Shown here piece by piece: positions 12,066 through 22,378 of a DNA stretch of 45,805 nt. A program made the translations under genes and the position numbers. This DNA comes from Macrostomum lignano. Lineage: Eukaryota. The first letter of the stretch is position 1, and every line of letters starts with the position of its first letter. The notes below the pieces were generated by a model, which saw only the letters and a list, made by a program, of their open reading frames with translations, made no database searches and had not been told where the DNA came from. The stretch spans positions 1-45,805 of the forward strand of contig NIVC01001627.1 of assembly GCA_002269645.1 (NCBI GenBank). The letters run 5' to 3'.

Positions 12066-13690
12066 GTGGGGGGGGGGTGCTTGGCTCTGCGTGCGTGGGG
12101 TGGTGGCCTGGTGGGGTGGGCTTTAGCCTCTGCGCCGTCGCCCCTTTTATTGGCGTCTCACTCAGTTGAATCTGCGTTTTTCGGCTGCCTGCATGAGCTC
12201 AATTTTTTTAGCTCTAAGATTTTTTCATCTGGCACCATTTCTGACCTAAACCGGTTAACAGTAGCCCAACTGCGAGTGGCCCTAAGAGACAATGGCCTAC
12301 CGGTTTCGGGAAACAAGCAAGAGCTTGTTGAGCGGCTTCAAGCTGCTCCACCACAGCCAGGCGACGCCGAAGTCCCAGACTATGCAGAAGGGGACGAAGC
12401 AGATACTGCGATAAATCAGCTGCTGAACGGGGAAGAATCGGAGAATATTGACGCCGCCAACAGCCCCCAAGAGAGCCGACTTGACAGCAAAATCCAGCAA
12501 GCTAGGTCGCGGATCGAGCTGCTAGAACTGAAGAAGCGAGAGGCGCAACTCCGGCAGGAAATCGGTCTGCATGCCGCCGCCACAGCTGAAGAGGTCGACC
12601 CGATTTCGGCACTTTTTGGCTCGCTTTCAGCGAAGGCGCGGCCGGCTCGACGCCCTCTGCTCATCCCGAACTTCGTGGATGGCAGACGGGAGCAGATGAC
12701 AGGGCTGACGCATGATCGCGACCGGCGCGCGGCGAAGAGCGGTGCGTCCAGCCTCGACAGCATCAGCACTAGGCAATGGATCGCTGCTAACGCCAGAATA
12801 ATGCAGCAGCTGCTTGAGTCCAACCAGCTCGTATCAAAAGGAAGCGATGGAAGCATCGATGTGCGGCACTTGAAGGCTTACCTCAATTTCAACATACATA
12901 TCGGCTAGCTCATGGAAGCAGACTACGATTGGAATGTCGTCCTACGATACATGCGTCTGTTACAGCACGAGCGGCAGAGACTGGGACAGCCCAGACCTCA
13001 ATCTCATAATCAAGCACATGACCGCGCCTAAGAACCTGCGAAAGACAGGCAGCAAAAAGTCTTCCAGATGAAGCCAAGCAGCACCATGAGGCCAGACGAT
13101 TTGCGGCCTCTTCAACAGCAACCGTGACTGCCAGAAGCAGCCTTGCAACTTCGCACATGTCTGCCGCATCTGTGAGGCTCCGCACCCGGCCCATCAGCAC
13201 CAGCACAACAATGGCTCGGGTCCAAAAAACTGATTGACCTCCGCCTCCCCTGCTGCCTTGCCTGCTCCGTCTTTAACTTCGCCACCCAACTCGCCTACAG
13301 CTTCATTCTTATCCATCTCGCCTCATCCATCATCGGCTACTGCCGCGCCTGGTGGTGCCATTGCTGCCTCCAGATCGTCCAACCCGCCAACCCCGCCCCC
13401 AGCCCAGCTGCCAGCTAAGCCGCCAGCCCAGCTGCCAGCTCAGCCGCCAGCCCAGTCACCGGTATCGACCTGGTCGCTTTCGCCATCAGCTTGGGAGCCT
13501 GTTCTAGCCAACGATCCGGATGCGGAGTTTTTCCGTACTGGCCTGCGCCATGGATTCCTCATCGTCGACAAGCCAGCTCAATCGGCCTCCGAATTCAGCA
13601 ACTACGAATCCGCTCTTTGTGAGGACACCTACCAGCTGGTTGAGTCTCAGATCAGAGAGGAACTTGAGACTGGCTGCTATGTGTGCGCTT
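12066..13690 (+). mobile_element. Degenerate, 3'-truncated DIRS/Ngaro-like (tyrosine-recombinase) retrotransposon: SAP-domain gag plus the start of pol
   Basis: SAP motif DLNRLTVAQLRVALRDNGLPVSGNKQELVERL (~12243-12338). Gag core WIAANARIMQQL...Y..FNIHIG*...DWNVVLRY has a premature stop at 12906 and frameshifts. C-terminal zinc finger ICGLFNSNRDCQKQPCNFAHVCRICEAPHPAHQH ends in PKN* (~13230). Overlapping pol N-terminus WEPVLANDPDAEFFRTGLRHGFLIV...NYESAL...VESQIREELETG. No RT catalytic core or recombinase is present. Confidence 0.75.
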
Positions 13691-14288
13691 CAGAGTTAAG
13701 CTCTTTAAACGCTGTCGTTCGAAAGTGGCAAGTCTCTTCTTTATAATGACTCAACCGCGATTGATTTGAATGTGTATTTTACGAGATATGTGCACTTGAG
13801 TAGAGAGAGATCGGTCATGTATCCCCCACTTGCCCCGGGCGAACGTCTATGGTCTCAGTGTAAACTTCATTTATTTGCATCGGTGCAAATAAACGGTTTC
13901 TTTCACTCGCCCAAAGGGAATATTAAAACGCTGCTTCTAACTGCTCACTTGGCTGCATAGAGAGAGAGAGAATTCAGAGTGCTAGCAAAGTAGCTTTCAT
14001 TGCGCTTTGTACGCACCTCCAGAATGAAACTTTAAAGGAGGTAATTTAGATCTCCTCCTCCTCCTCACGCTGTAGGCACCCTACCGGCGAGGACAGGCGC
14101 GCACTCGGCGTTTCGTCGACTGCCTGCTGGCTGACGCCGGCGCCCCGGACTCTGCCGGCGGAGCGGCCTATGTTCGCACTCTGGCCTTGAGACGCGCCCT
14201 GTGACACTATAGACTATCCAGTGTACTTTGTTGTTGTTGTTGTTAGATCACTCTCCGACAGTTTGCTGATCTCCTTCAAAACCATTAG

Positions 14289-14450
14289 CTAGGATCCACC
14301 TCCAGTGCACCAGGCCGTTTTCTTTGCTTCGTGCCATTCTTTAAACGTTGTAAACATCCAGGTACATTTTTTCAATGTATTTGGTGGAACCATGCCTACG
14401 ATTAGTCCTAGTTCGTCTTCAATCAGATTCACAAATCTATCACCAGCCAT
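14289..14450 (-). mobile_element. Possible Crypton/DUF3504-type tyrosine-recombinase N-terminal fragment
   Basis: MAGDRFVNLIEDELGLIVGMVPPNTLKKCTWMFTTFKEWHEAKK resembles the RF...E.EL......P.NT.K.T.W....F.EW motif of Crypton-derived proteins. Recalled similarity only. Confidence 0.45.
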
Positions 14451-14620
14451 CGCAGTTGATTTTTTTTCAAAACTGAACAAAACCTTTTTCTCTGCATGTA
14501 TATGTAAAGAAACTCTTTCATTCTTTTCCTTCTCTGAGCAACAGCACATTTTGTGGCCATAGACAAAAAACTTCGCATTCACCACTGTCGGAATCTGCAG
14601 AATATGGTATAGAAATACGT

Positions 14621-14702
14621 ATAAGATATTCTATGGCTTTAAGGTCGGTGGCTCGAGGAATTTAAGTGAAATACCGACCTAAAAAGCCATAGAATATCTT
14701 AT
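14621..14702. other. Near-perfect hairpin (29/30-bp arms, 23-nt loop)
   Basis: ATAAGATATTCTATGGCTTTAAGGTCGGT ... ACCGACCTAAAAAGCCATAGAATATCTTAT. Confidence 0.85.
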
Positions 14703-14780
14703 TTAAACTACTTTAATTTTGCGGGCTGTATTCAGATAAATCCTGGAGCCATACTTGTATGTCTATGGTTGAAGTTGGGG

Positions 14781-14852
14781 CTGGGGGTGTGGGGGCGAAG
14801 CCCCTGCTGGGGGTGTGGGGGCGAAGCCCCTGCTGGGGGTGTGGGGGCGAAG
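14781..14852. repeat. 26-bp G-rich tandem repeat (CTGGGGGTGTGGGGGCGAAGCCCCTG) x ~3
   Basis: Direct tandem repeat. Each complete unit contains a GGGGC-GAA-GCCCC mini-hairpin. Confidence 0.9.
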
Positions 14853-16599
14853 CCGCTACATTCTTACCATAGAAAAAATTTCATTAAGAAATTTCCCGAG
14901 TCACGAAGAAGAGAAGAGAGAAGCTCGCTTATTTAGATACATACAATGTATGATTATCGAGAGGTCACGCTTCACACACAATAATCCTTGCAATATGTCC
15001 GGGAAAGTGATCGATTAAATCCCGCAAAACAAAATCTATGTCAATAACCTACCTGAAAGTGAGCTTTAAAGTGGTTTAAAGAAGCTTAAACACGAGCGTA
15101 ACTGCTAAAATTAGCATTCTGCTCAATGACGAATCGATATTTTTGCATGCATGTAGTTGTTTTGTGGTCAAATATGGCACAGTGAAGAGTTTTCTCAAAA
15201 GAATACGGCTGCACCAGTTGTGTCAAAATTTTTTCACTGTTGCTCAAGTTTGATCCACCAATTGTCAAATGGACATGCATTCAAAGACGGTAGCGACATG
15301 CCATCTTTACACTTTAGAGCTCCGGATGCAAAGCAGCTGACATTCACAAGCAACTCTGAACTGCGCAAGGCGACCATTCCGTTAGCACGATGACAGTGAA
15401 CAGTGGGTGAACGACTTCAGGGGTGGAAGAGCTGACATGAACTGGAACTGAACTGACTGAAGGTCAGGACGCTCTGAGATCCATGTCAGTGGCGGCCTCG
15501 TCTCGGATCCATTTTCGACTTGATTGATGAAGACAGCCATCAAAGCATCCGCGAAATAGCCGATAGACGATGATTGCTTGAAGTTCACAGTTTACAAGTG
15601 TCTGCAGAAGATGATCCATGCCAAGAGTGCCCGTTGGGTTCCCTGACGGCTCACTGAGGACATGAAACTGTATCGTCTGTACAGAAGGCTTGTGTCTAGG
15701 CTCTGTAAGTCTATGACCGATCTCCCTCTATTCAAGTGCACATATCTCTTAAAATACAAATCCAGATCAATCGCGGTTGAAGTCATTATAAAGAATAGAC
15801 TTGCCGCTTTCAAACGACACCAAATTTATGTCAATGCAGCTTACCAAACGTCCGCAACAAGTAAAAGTAACACTACTTTCCGGACACCCCTCGTAATTGA
15901 GCAATTAAGAATCAGGATCAATCAACACAACGACCGCGCGCTTATTTTTTTATAATTGGATCACAACACAAATTACCTTATGATCGATAAGTTTCGTTAC
16001 ACAAAGAATATTTGTTTGTATAGACGTTTAATTATACTAGAGTAGTAAGAAAACTGCTCGCTTTATTAAAACTTGTAAATTAGTAAAACGGCCCTTTTTA
16101 AAGGGCCCCTTTGTCACACACTGACGCGACGCAGACAAGGCTTGTTTAATTTGAACAATAAAGCAGCGAACTGATATATTTGCTGAGTAAATATTACAAC
16201 GAAGAAAAGCTAGATTCAGTTATTTAAATACGTAGTGGTATAAAACGATATTTGAGTTATTGATAAAAGTTAGATTTGAAAGTACGCTATGTGCGCATTG
16301 ATGTACGCATGAGTGGGGTGGACGCTAGGCATGGTAAGCAGGGCACAAAATGAGTCAGTTTAATATCTAGCCAGTCAATAGTCAGCGACAACCCCCCAAC
16401 ACGTCACACACAACATTTGCTATTCGTCCATGTTGACAGTTTCCCATCATTTTGCTATTCTGATGTAACCACGCTCTGGTCGCGGGATAGGGCATGGGAA
16501 CTTTTTCGAAAGTGCCTCCTATCCCGTGTACCCTCTGCACAGAGCTGTCGAGACTCGGCCAGGTCTCCGCCCAGGCCTGGAGACTCCCGCTCTGCTGCC

Positions 16600-17200
16600 C
16601 CCCCTCCTGCTGCCTTGGTTCCGTCTCCCCTGCCGCCACACCTGCCTTTCCGGAACTCCCTGTCCCTCTCTGTACCCTCCCCTCTACCTTATCTCCCCTG
16701 CACTCCACCCTATTCTTCTTGTACTTTCCCTTTCCCCCCTCTTTTTGTCTCTCTCTGCACTCTTTTCCTGCGCTGTCCCCTCCTTCTCTGTGTCTACTTA
16801 CAGTATTTTGTGTGCTCACCGTCTCCCCATCCCCTCCCAAACTCCCAAACGGTGACGCAAGTCGTGTGACCCCTTCTTCCCCCCGATGACTCATCGATGA
16901 CTCATCTCCCTCTCTTGCGCAACCTTTTCTCATGCCATTGTTCTCCTCCCCAAATTTCTCATGCGACACCCACCCCACCTCCGCTTCTATTGTTCTCGTT
17001 TTTGATTCTTTTGTTCTCTCGACCCCACCAATTATCGCATTTTCTCCGATTTTCTCTTTCTTTTGTTCTCGTTTTCGCACCTAATTATCACCTTTTCTCC
17101 AATGTTTACTTTTCCATTGTTCTCAGTTTTCCCCAATTATCCCCGATTTCCAATTCCTTTGTTCTCGACCCCAGCCCTATTGTTCTCAATGTTTGCGTGC
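16600..17200. repeat. Pyrimidine (CT)-rich low-complexity tract
   Basis: Strong C/T strand skew; the overlapping ORFs in several frames are compositional artefacts. Confidence 0.7.
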
Positions 17201-17309
17201 GCAACACTTTCGCGACCACCCGCTGCGCCAATTATTCCCCCACCCCACCTCCGGATTGCGCAATTTCCCTATTTCTCATGTTGCTATGCCGGTCTCATGC
17301 TTCTCATCA

Positions 17310-17717
17310 TGACTCATTCTGACGTCATTCTGCCGGCAGCCAATCAGAGAGAGGGAGCCATGGTAACGACCTTGAGGAGGCGGCTGTGAGGTCTATAAAA
17401 GGAAGCGATTTCGGCATGAGAATCCTCAACTTTTCGCCTCTTTGGGCTTGCCGTCAGACTGAGTTCTGACCCATTCGTCTATAAGACGAATCCCTGCCGG
17501 TCCGCGGTCTGTTACCGCCAAGTTATCCTTAGCTCCCCAAGTGAGCTCGCCTATCGGCCAGCGGTCTGATACCGCCCAGCATCATCAGCATCGCCTGATC
17601 TACATCAGCGCCTCGTCGCTCCAGCGCATCGCCGCTTCACTGTCTGCCTGACTGCAGCCTACAGCCACCCTCGGTCACTCCGCCTCTCTCTCTCTCTCTG
17701 TGCAGCTGCCGGTAAGT
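17310..17717 (+). promoter_or_regulatory. Pol II promoter-like cluster with a first-exon splice donor (probably retroelement-derived)
   Basis: TGACTCA 17310, TGACGTCA 17320, CCAAT 17340, X-box-like CCATGGTAAC ~17358, TATAAAA 17394, and donor CG|GTAAGT 17712. Confidence 0.5.
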
Positions 17718-19359
17718 TCCTGTTACTAATTTGTGCTCTAATTGCCTTTGCTTATCCGGGGTTTGCCTATTTTCCATTGTCTGATTAGAGAGCTGAGCCA
17801 ATTGTGATACCGTATCTTTTGCTGTATTCTACTCAATAGTGAAGCCGCCTAATTGCCTGATTATTCGCCTAAGAGCCTAATTATTAACTAATAACTAACT
17901 TCATCATTATTCAATCTTTCACCATCATTTAACTCATGGCTTGCTAAGCCTTTCTCCCGGGGTGGCAAAGCATAAGGGAGTTTGGGTAAGCTAATGGCCT
18001 CTCCCCGTGCAAAGCCCGCCTGTGAGTGCGTGCTGCGGGGCCGCGTGTTCGTGTAGTAGAGGGGTTAGCGAGTCTTGGCACAGAATGGCAGTAGGAAGGT
18101 TGCACCCCCATGCTAACGCGTCCCTTCGCCCTGAGCAATCTAAACTGGAGACAGTACATGTTCGCCTCATACTACTCTTAGTAATTAAAGTCGCAAGTCA
18201 GCCTCGCTCACAGCCACAAAGGATCCCCTGCTGAGAAATCCTCCAGGATTGAGCCCAGAGTTCCCGATCATGCCCCAAGCAGAGTCCCTGTACTCGGCTG
18301 CATGCGTCTCCCCTGTTAGCCTAAATCCCCTGGTAACCAATCCAGGCGGGGCTCTAGCCTCGAGAGGTCTGGTAGAAAGATCCAGGTGCGCCAGGTCACA
18401 TAGAGTGGTGGCAGCCACTCGGTCATACCATGACCGAGTGACCAACTATTGCACCTTGGCTACAGGTGGGGTCCATGTGGGTCCTTGGCCCTCTGGTCAC
18501 GAAGCGCTACCAAAAGCTACTAATCATGTGGGCGGGACAGTCTGGTGCTGGAGGTCCGTCAGGTCGTTGCCCGGTCATAGGCAGCCTACGGTCATTGCCC
18601 CCTCTAGTCATGCGTTCGTCTCTCTACGGAGCGGACAGGCGACAAGGGCGGTTACATCAATTCTTCATTTTAGCGGTAATGCCAACCTCACTATAAACTG
18701 TGTCCCCGACTATAGTCTCGAGATGATTTAGTCTGGGCGATTGCTGGCTGCCTATGCCCATGCAGCTCTGTGCGGGCTCCACTACTGTCTATATTTTTGC
18801 TAACTTGTAGAACTTAAAGATCTGAGTTTGACCTCTTGATTAGACTTCGGTCCAAGGATCCCATGTTCCAGGAAACGAATTCCAACCATGCTTTCAACAT
18901 TGGCTACACAAAAGAAAATGTGTGGCGGTGCTTCGCTGTGTTCCAAGGCCAACTAGCTCGTAATATTCTTTGAAGCATTGTGGGATCGTTGCATATTTTG
19001 TTGATTTCTACTGCGTGAGCATCTATGGACCTTGTCGTGTTAAGATGAAATCCCAGGGTTCTACAAGCTGACCCAGCGGGAACAGCTGTTTTTTTTCTCC
19101 CTGAATAGTACTGCATACCTGAATTGAGGAATTGTATTTTGTTAGCAAAGTAATTTTTTCAAGTTATTTCACTTCAAGACGACTCATCAGATTTTTTTCA
19201 AGCATCGGAACGCGACCATGTATTTAAAGAGGGTTTTAAAACAATTTAAACGATCAACTTTGACCTTGAAATTAGGTTCCAGACTATAATGCTCCAACGA
19301 AACGGTTACTCTTCAGCCTATATCCCCCACCACAATATCCACAAATTCATTTCTGAAAG

Positions 19360-19860
19360 ACTGCTGTGTTGACCAGATCAACTGCTCTGTTGACCAGAGC
19401 GTCTCCTACGTACGTGGGGAAGACCAAAAGACACCTGCACACTAGAACCATGGAGCACTGGCTCAAACCGTCGGCCATCCAAACCCACTTTTTGGAATGT
19501 AACAGCTGCTCCAATTGTACACCTGAAGAACGCTTTAAAATCATCGATAAATGCCCATCTGATCACAAGCTCAAGATCTTAGAAGCCTTGTACATAAAAA
19601 ACCAGTCGCCCACCCTTAATACGCAACTCCAACATTGGTGCAGGCCATTTTCTCCGTGTATTCTGAGTGAGAGAGCACTGACCATGTTGTAACCAGTGCT
19701 CATTCAATTATATTTTGTTTTCTGCTCACTGGTCTTCGCCCCGCCCTACAGACTATCAACCTCCAACTACTTTGTACATACAAAATACTTACTCACCAGC
19801 TACATATGTTTCATTGACAAATAGTTTATAAATTCGCTTACTCACACCTTTCGTTTCAAA
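19360..19860 (+). mobile_element. Penelope-like retroelement 3' fragment (GIY-YIG endonuclease)
   Basis: YVGKTKRHLHTRTMEHWLKPSAIQTHFLECNSC...RFKIIDKCPSDHKLKILEALYIKNQSPTLNTQ in ORF 19366..19692 is the typical PLE GIY-YIG C-terminus. Confidence 0.85.
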
Positions 19861-19867
19861 CAATATA

Positions 19868-20467
19868 CACTCAGCAACAGTCAAAACCGCCACCCTACCG
19901 AGAGAGGCGACTTCTCTCTCACCTCAACTGCAAGTGACGTAGCTTGCGCCACGGCGTGGCTAAAGCTGGGTGAGAGTGAATTCCAGGGTGAGAGTACAAA
20001 AGGAACTGGGGTTGGGGTTGGGGGGTGCAACAGTACACGTGACAATGGTCAGGCATATGACAGACGCTGAACGATGCCGCACTGTTGGCATGCTAGAAGC
20101 TGGTGCATCCATCAGCGCAGTTGCGCCAATTTGGCCGATCACGTTCAACAATTCGAGCGCTGTTAACGAAGTGTCAAGATACTGGTAGTGTTCAGCACGC
20201 AGCCATAGGCAGCCAGCGTCATGATCTCCGCGGCTCAACAGCCAGGGCAAATCGACGTCTGCTGCGGATTTTCAGGCGAACTTCGACCGCGCCAGCCACC
20301 CTGCTCCGTCTAAGATGGGGCATCCCCTGCATCCCCTGATTGCCCTCTCCTGCATTCACTCTCACCCAGCTTTATCCACGCCGTGGCGCAAGTTACGTCA
20401 CTTGCCGTTGAGGTGAGAGAGAAGTCGCCTCTCTCGGTAGGGTGGCGGTTTTGACTGTTGCTGAGTG
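19868..20467 (+). mobile_element. 600-bp non-autonomous Tc1-type transposon with 113-bp TIRs, TA target-site duplication and a transposase N-terminal remnant
   Basis: TA|CACTCAGCAACAGTCAAAACC... (19868-19980) and its near-perfect inverse (20355-20467)|TA. Internal MVRHMTDAERCRTVGMLEAGASISAVA/QFGRSRSTIRALLTKCQDTGSV is a frameshifted paired-like HTH. Confidence 0.92.
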
Positions 20468-21156
20468 TACCTGACGATGCACCTTGGTGTGCGAAACGCG
20501 TCGTACAGTAACAACCTGACATGTTGATTTTCGGCTTTCCCTTCGAACAAAAACACTGACAACAAATTCAACTTAACGAATTGTGACACCTAATCCCGAT
20601 GTATTTTGGCTGAATAAATAGAAGAATAAATATTGGAACACAGCAGACAATAAATAAAGTATTGGCTAAGCACTCCATGACCCGGTCAAGTCTCAAATTG
20701 TAAATTAATCAATTTTGGCGTGACAGAAAAAAACAATATAATATTGGACAATAGACGGGTAAACAGGTAAGTGGAGGCGTTACGCTCACAAGGACTACCA
20801 ATAAGTTACCATTGTATCAGGACGTAAAACTCGTAAATAGTGCAGAAATATTTGAAGGCACGCTTGTTTACGTACGCGTATTTTTAGTGATGCTTGCCTT
20901 CTATTTGACTGCTTTAGGGAAACCTACGCTAGCTTGTGCCACAGAAACTCCAAGACAGGTGGTGTATTTATGATTGCCTAAGGCTTTAACCTGACTAATC
21001 TATGTATTAAACATTATATACACAGCGGCGACTTCTAGTGGTCCTTGTGCGCAAACTGAAAACAGACCGTCAAGCCTTCAGTACAAACTATAACAAAGTA
21101 AAATTATACGATGAAGAAAAACACAGAAGCTAACGTAAATTGTAGAAAAAAACAGA

Positions 21157-21331
21157 AGTTAAGGGACATTGTTGAAAAAACAGTGCAGTTGAGGGACATT
21201 GTAAGAAAGTACACATCAGTTAAGGGACATTGTAGGAAAGTACACAGCAGTTAAGGGACATTGTAGGAAAGTACACAGCAGTTAAGGGACATTGTAGGAA
21301 AGTACACAGCAAATAAGGAAATTGTCGGAAA
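21157..21331. repeat. 31-bp minisatellite (AGTTAAGGGACATTGTAGGAAAGTACACAGC), ~6 copies
   Basis: Direct tandem repeat. The paralogous region at ~37740-37845 has only ~3 degenerate copies. Confidence 0.9.
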
Positions 21332-22244
21332 AACACGACAGCCAAAGCCCGGTTTACTACGCCATCAAACGAGACCAATTTTTGCGAAATCACACTGCTT
21401 GTAATTTTCTCGTAGCACTATGTACCCCAATAATGCAATTTGATGGCTGATTTGATGGCGCTCTGAACAAGCCTGAGTAAAATGAGGCTGCGACAGGACA
21501 GACGCAGATAGATTGGGAAATTTACATACAGATATTCTGCATGCGAAAACCATGGTAGCGTGGAGTTGGGTTAAAAGTAGGAAAATCTTTTTTATGGAAT
21601 ATAGTAGTGGGTTCCGTCTAATCAATACCCATCAAAGCCCAATGAGTACTTCTGCTCAAGCTGTCAAATTTTTAATATTTTCCAGAAATTAAAACAAAGC
21701 AAGTTTAGAGAAAAAGCGAAAGTGACGCGTGAAGAAATAAAATATCATAAATAATTATTTTAGAGGCAGGTGCAGGAGGTGGTGTGCCAAGAGTTAACAG
21801 AGGTCTTTGTTATTAGTCACTCCTGTTAAGTCCATTTAAGTCCGCGACCCCTTAGTTGTAATCCTGACTCCATTAACCCTCTACGAAAAATGAAGCTAGT
21901 CCAGTCAATGGGATTAATTAGGAAGTTGCTTGCATTTTAATCATTTTCAATACCCAAAGAATCAGATTCCAATTCTATGCATTGAGTCTCGCGGAACCAC
22001 GAATGTTTTTATTTAAATAGCGTTTAAATTCAAGTTAAAGATGAATCAGTAACCGAATTTAGACAATCCAGTGAAATGTCGGTGTCTTCAGTGTCATCAA
22101 AACAACCAAATAAAACTCTGAGCAGGAGCTCGGGTCAGGCTTGATCCGCTCAGCTCATCCTGCTGTCTGAATCGAAACTCTGAAATTTTTCAGTCGAAGT
22201 TGCAGTTGGGAAATTTGGAATTAAGTCTAATTAGCTAATGAGCC

Positions 22245-22301
22245 GCGCCTGCGCCCCCCGCGGCGCCTGCGCCCCCCGTCAGTAGTAAGTAAGTAAGTAA
22301 G
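22245..22301 (+). mobile_element. 57-bp 5'-truncated non-LTR/SINE insertion with a (TAAG)n tail
   Basis: Flanked by a 13-bp direct repeat TAGCTAATGAGCC (22232-22244, 22302-22314). Absent at the paralogous site near 38545. Confidence 0.8.
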
Positions 22302-22378
22302 TAGCTAATGAGCCCCTATGTCAAGTTCAAGATAAATACTGGGTATTTAATCACTGGAGATATACGGCCGACTTACGC

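Larger units (their letters stand above)
13713..15819. repeat. ~106-bp inverted repeat pair (13713-13818 / 15713-15819) bracketing ~1.9 kb
   Basis: GAAAGTGGCAAGTCTCTTCTTTATAATGACTCAACCGCGATTGATTTG...GTGCACTTGAGTAGAGAGAGATCGGTCAT recurs as its reverse complement with scattered mismatches. Confidence 0.85.

Noticed and set aside
15382-15588. VFINQVENGSETRPP as a second Crypton recombinase segment
   Set aside because: Similarity is weak and its order relative to the 14450 fragment is the reverse of what is expected.
16382-17389. Several 100-230 aa ORFs (Gly/Glu/Lys-rich or Pro/Leu/Ser-rich)
   Set aside because: Compositional artefacts of a CT-rich tract with no recognisable domain.
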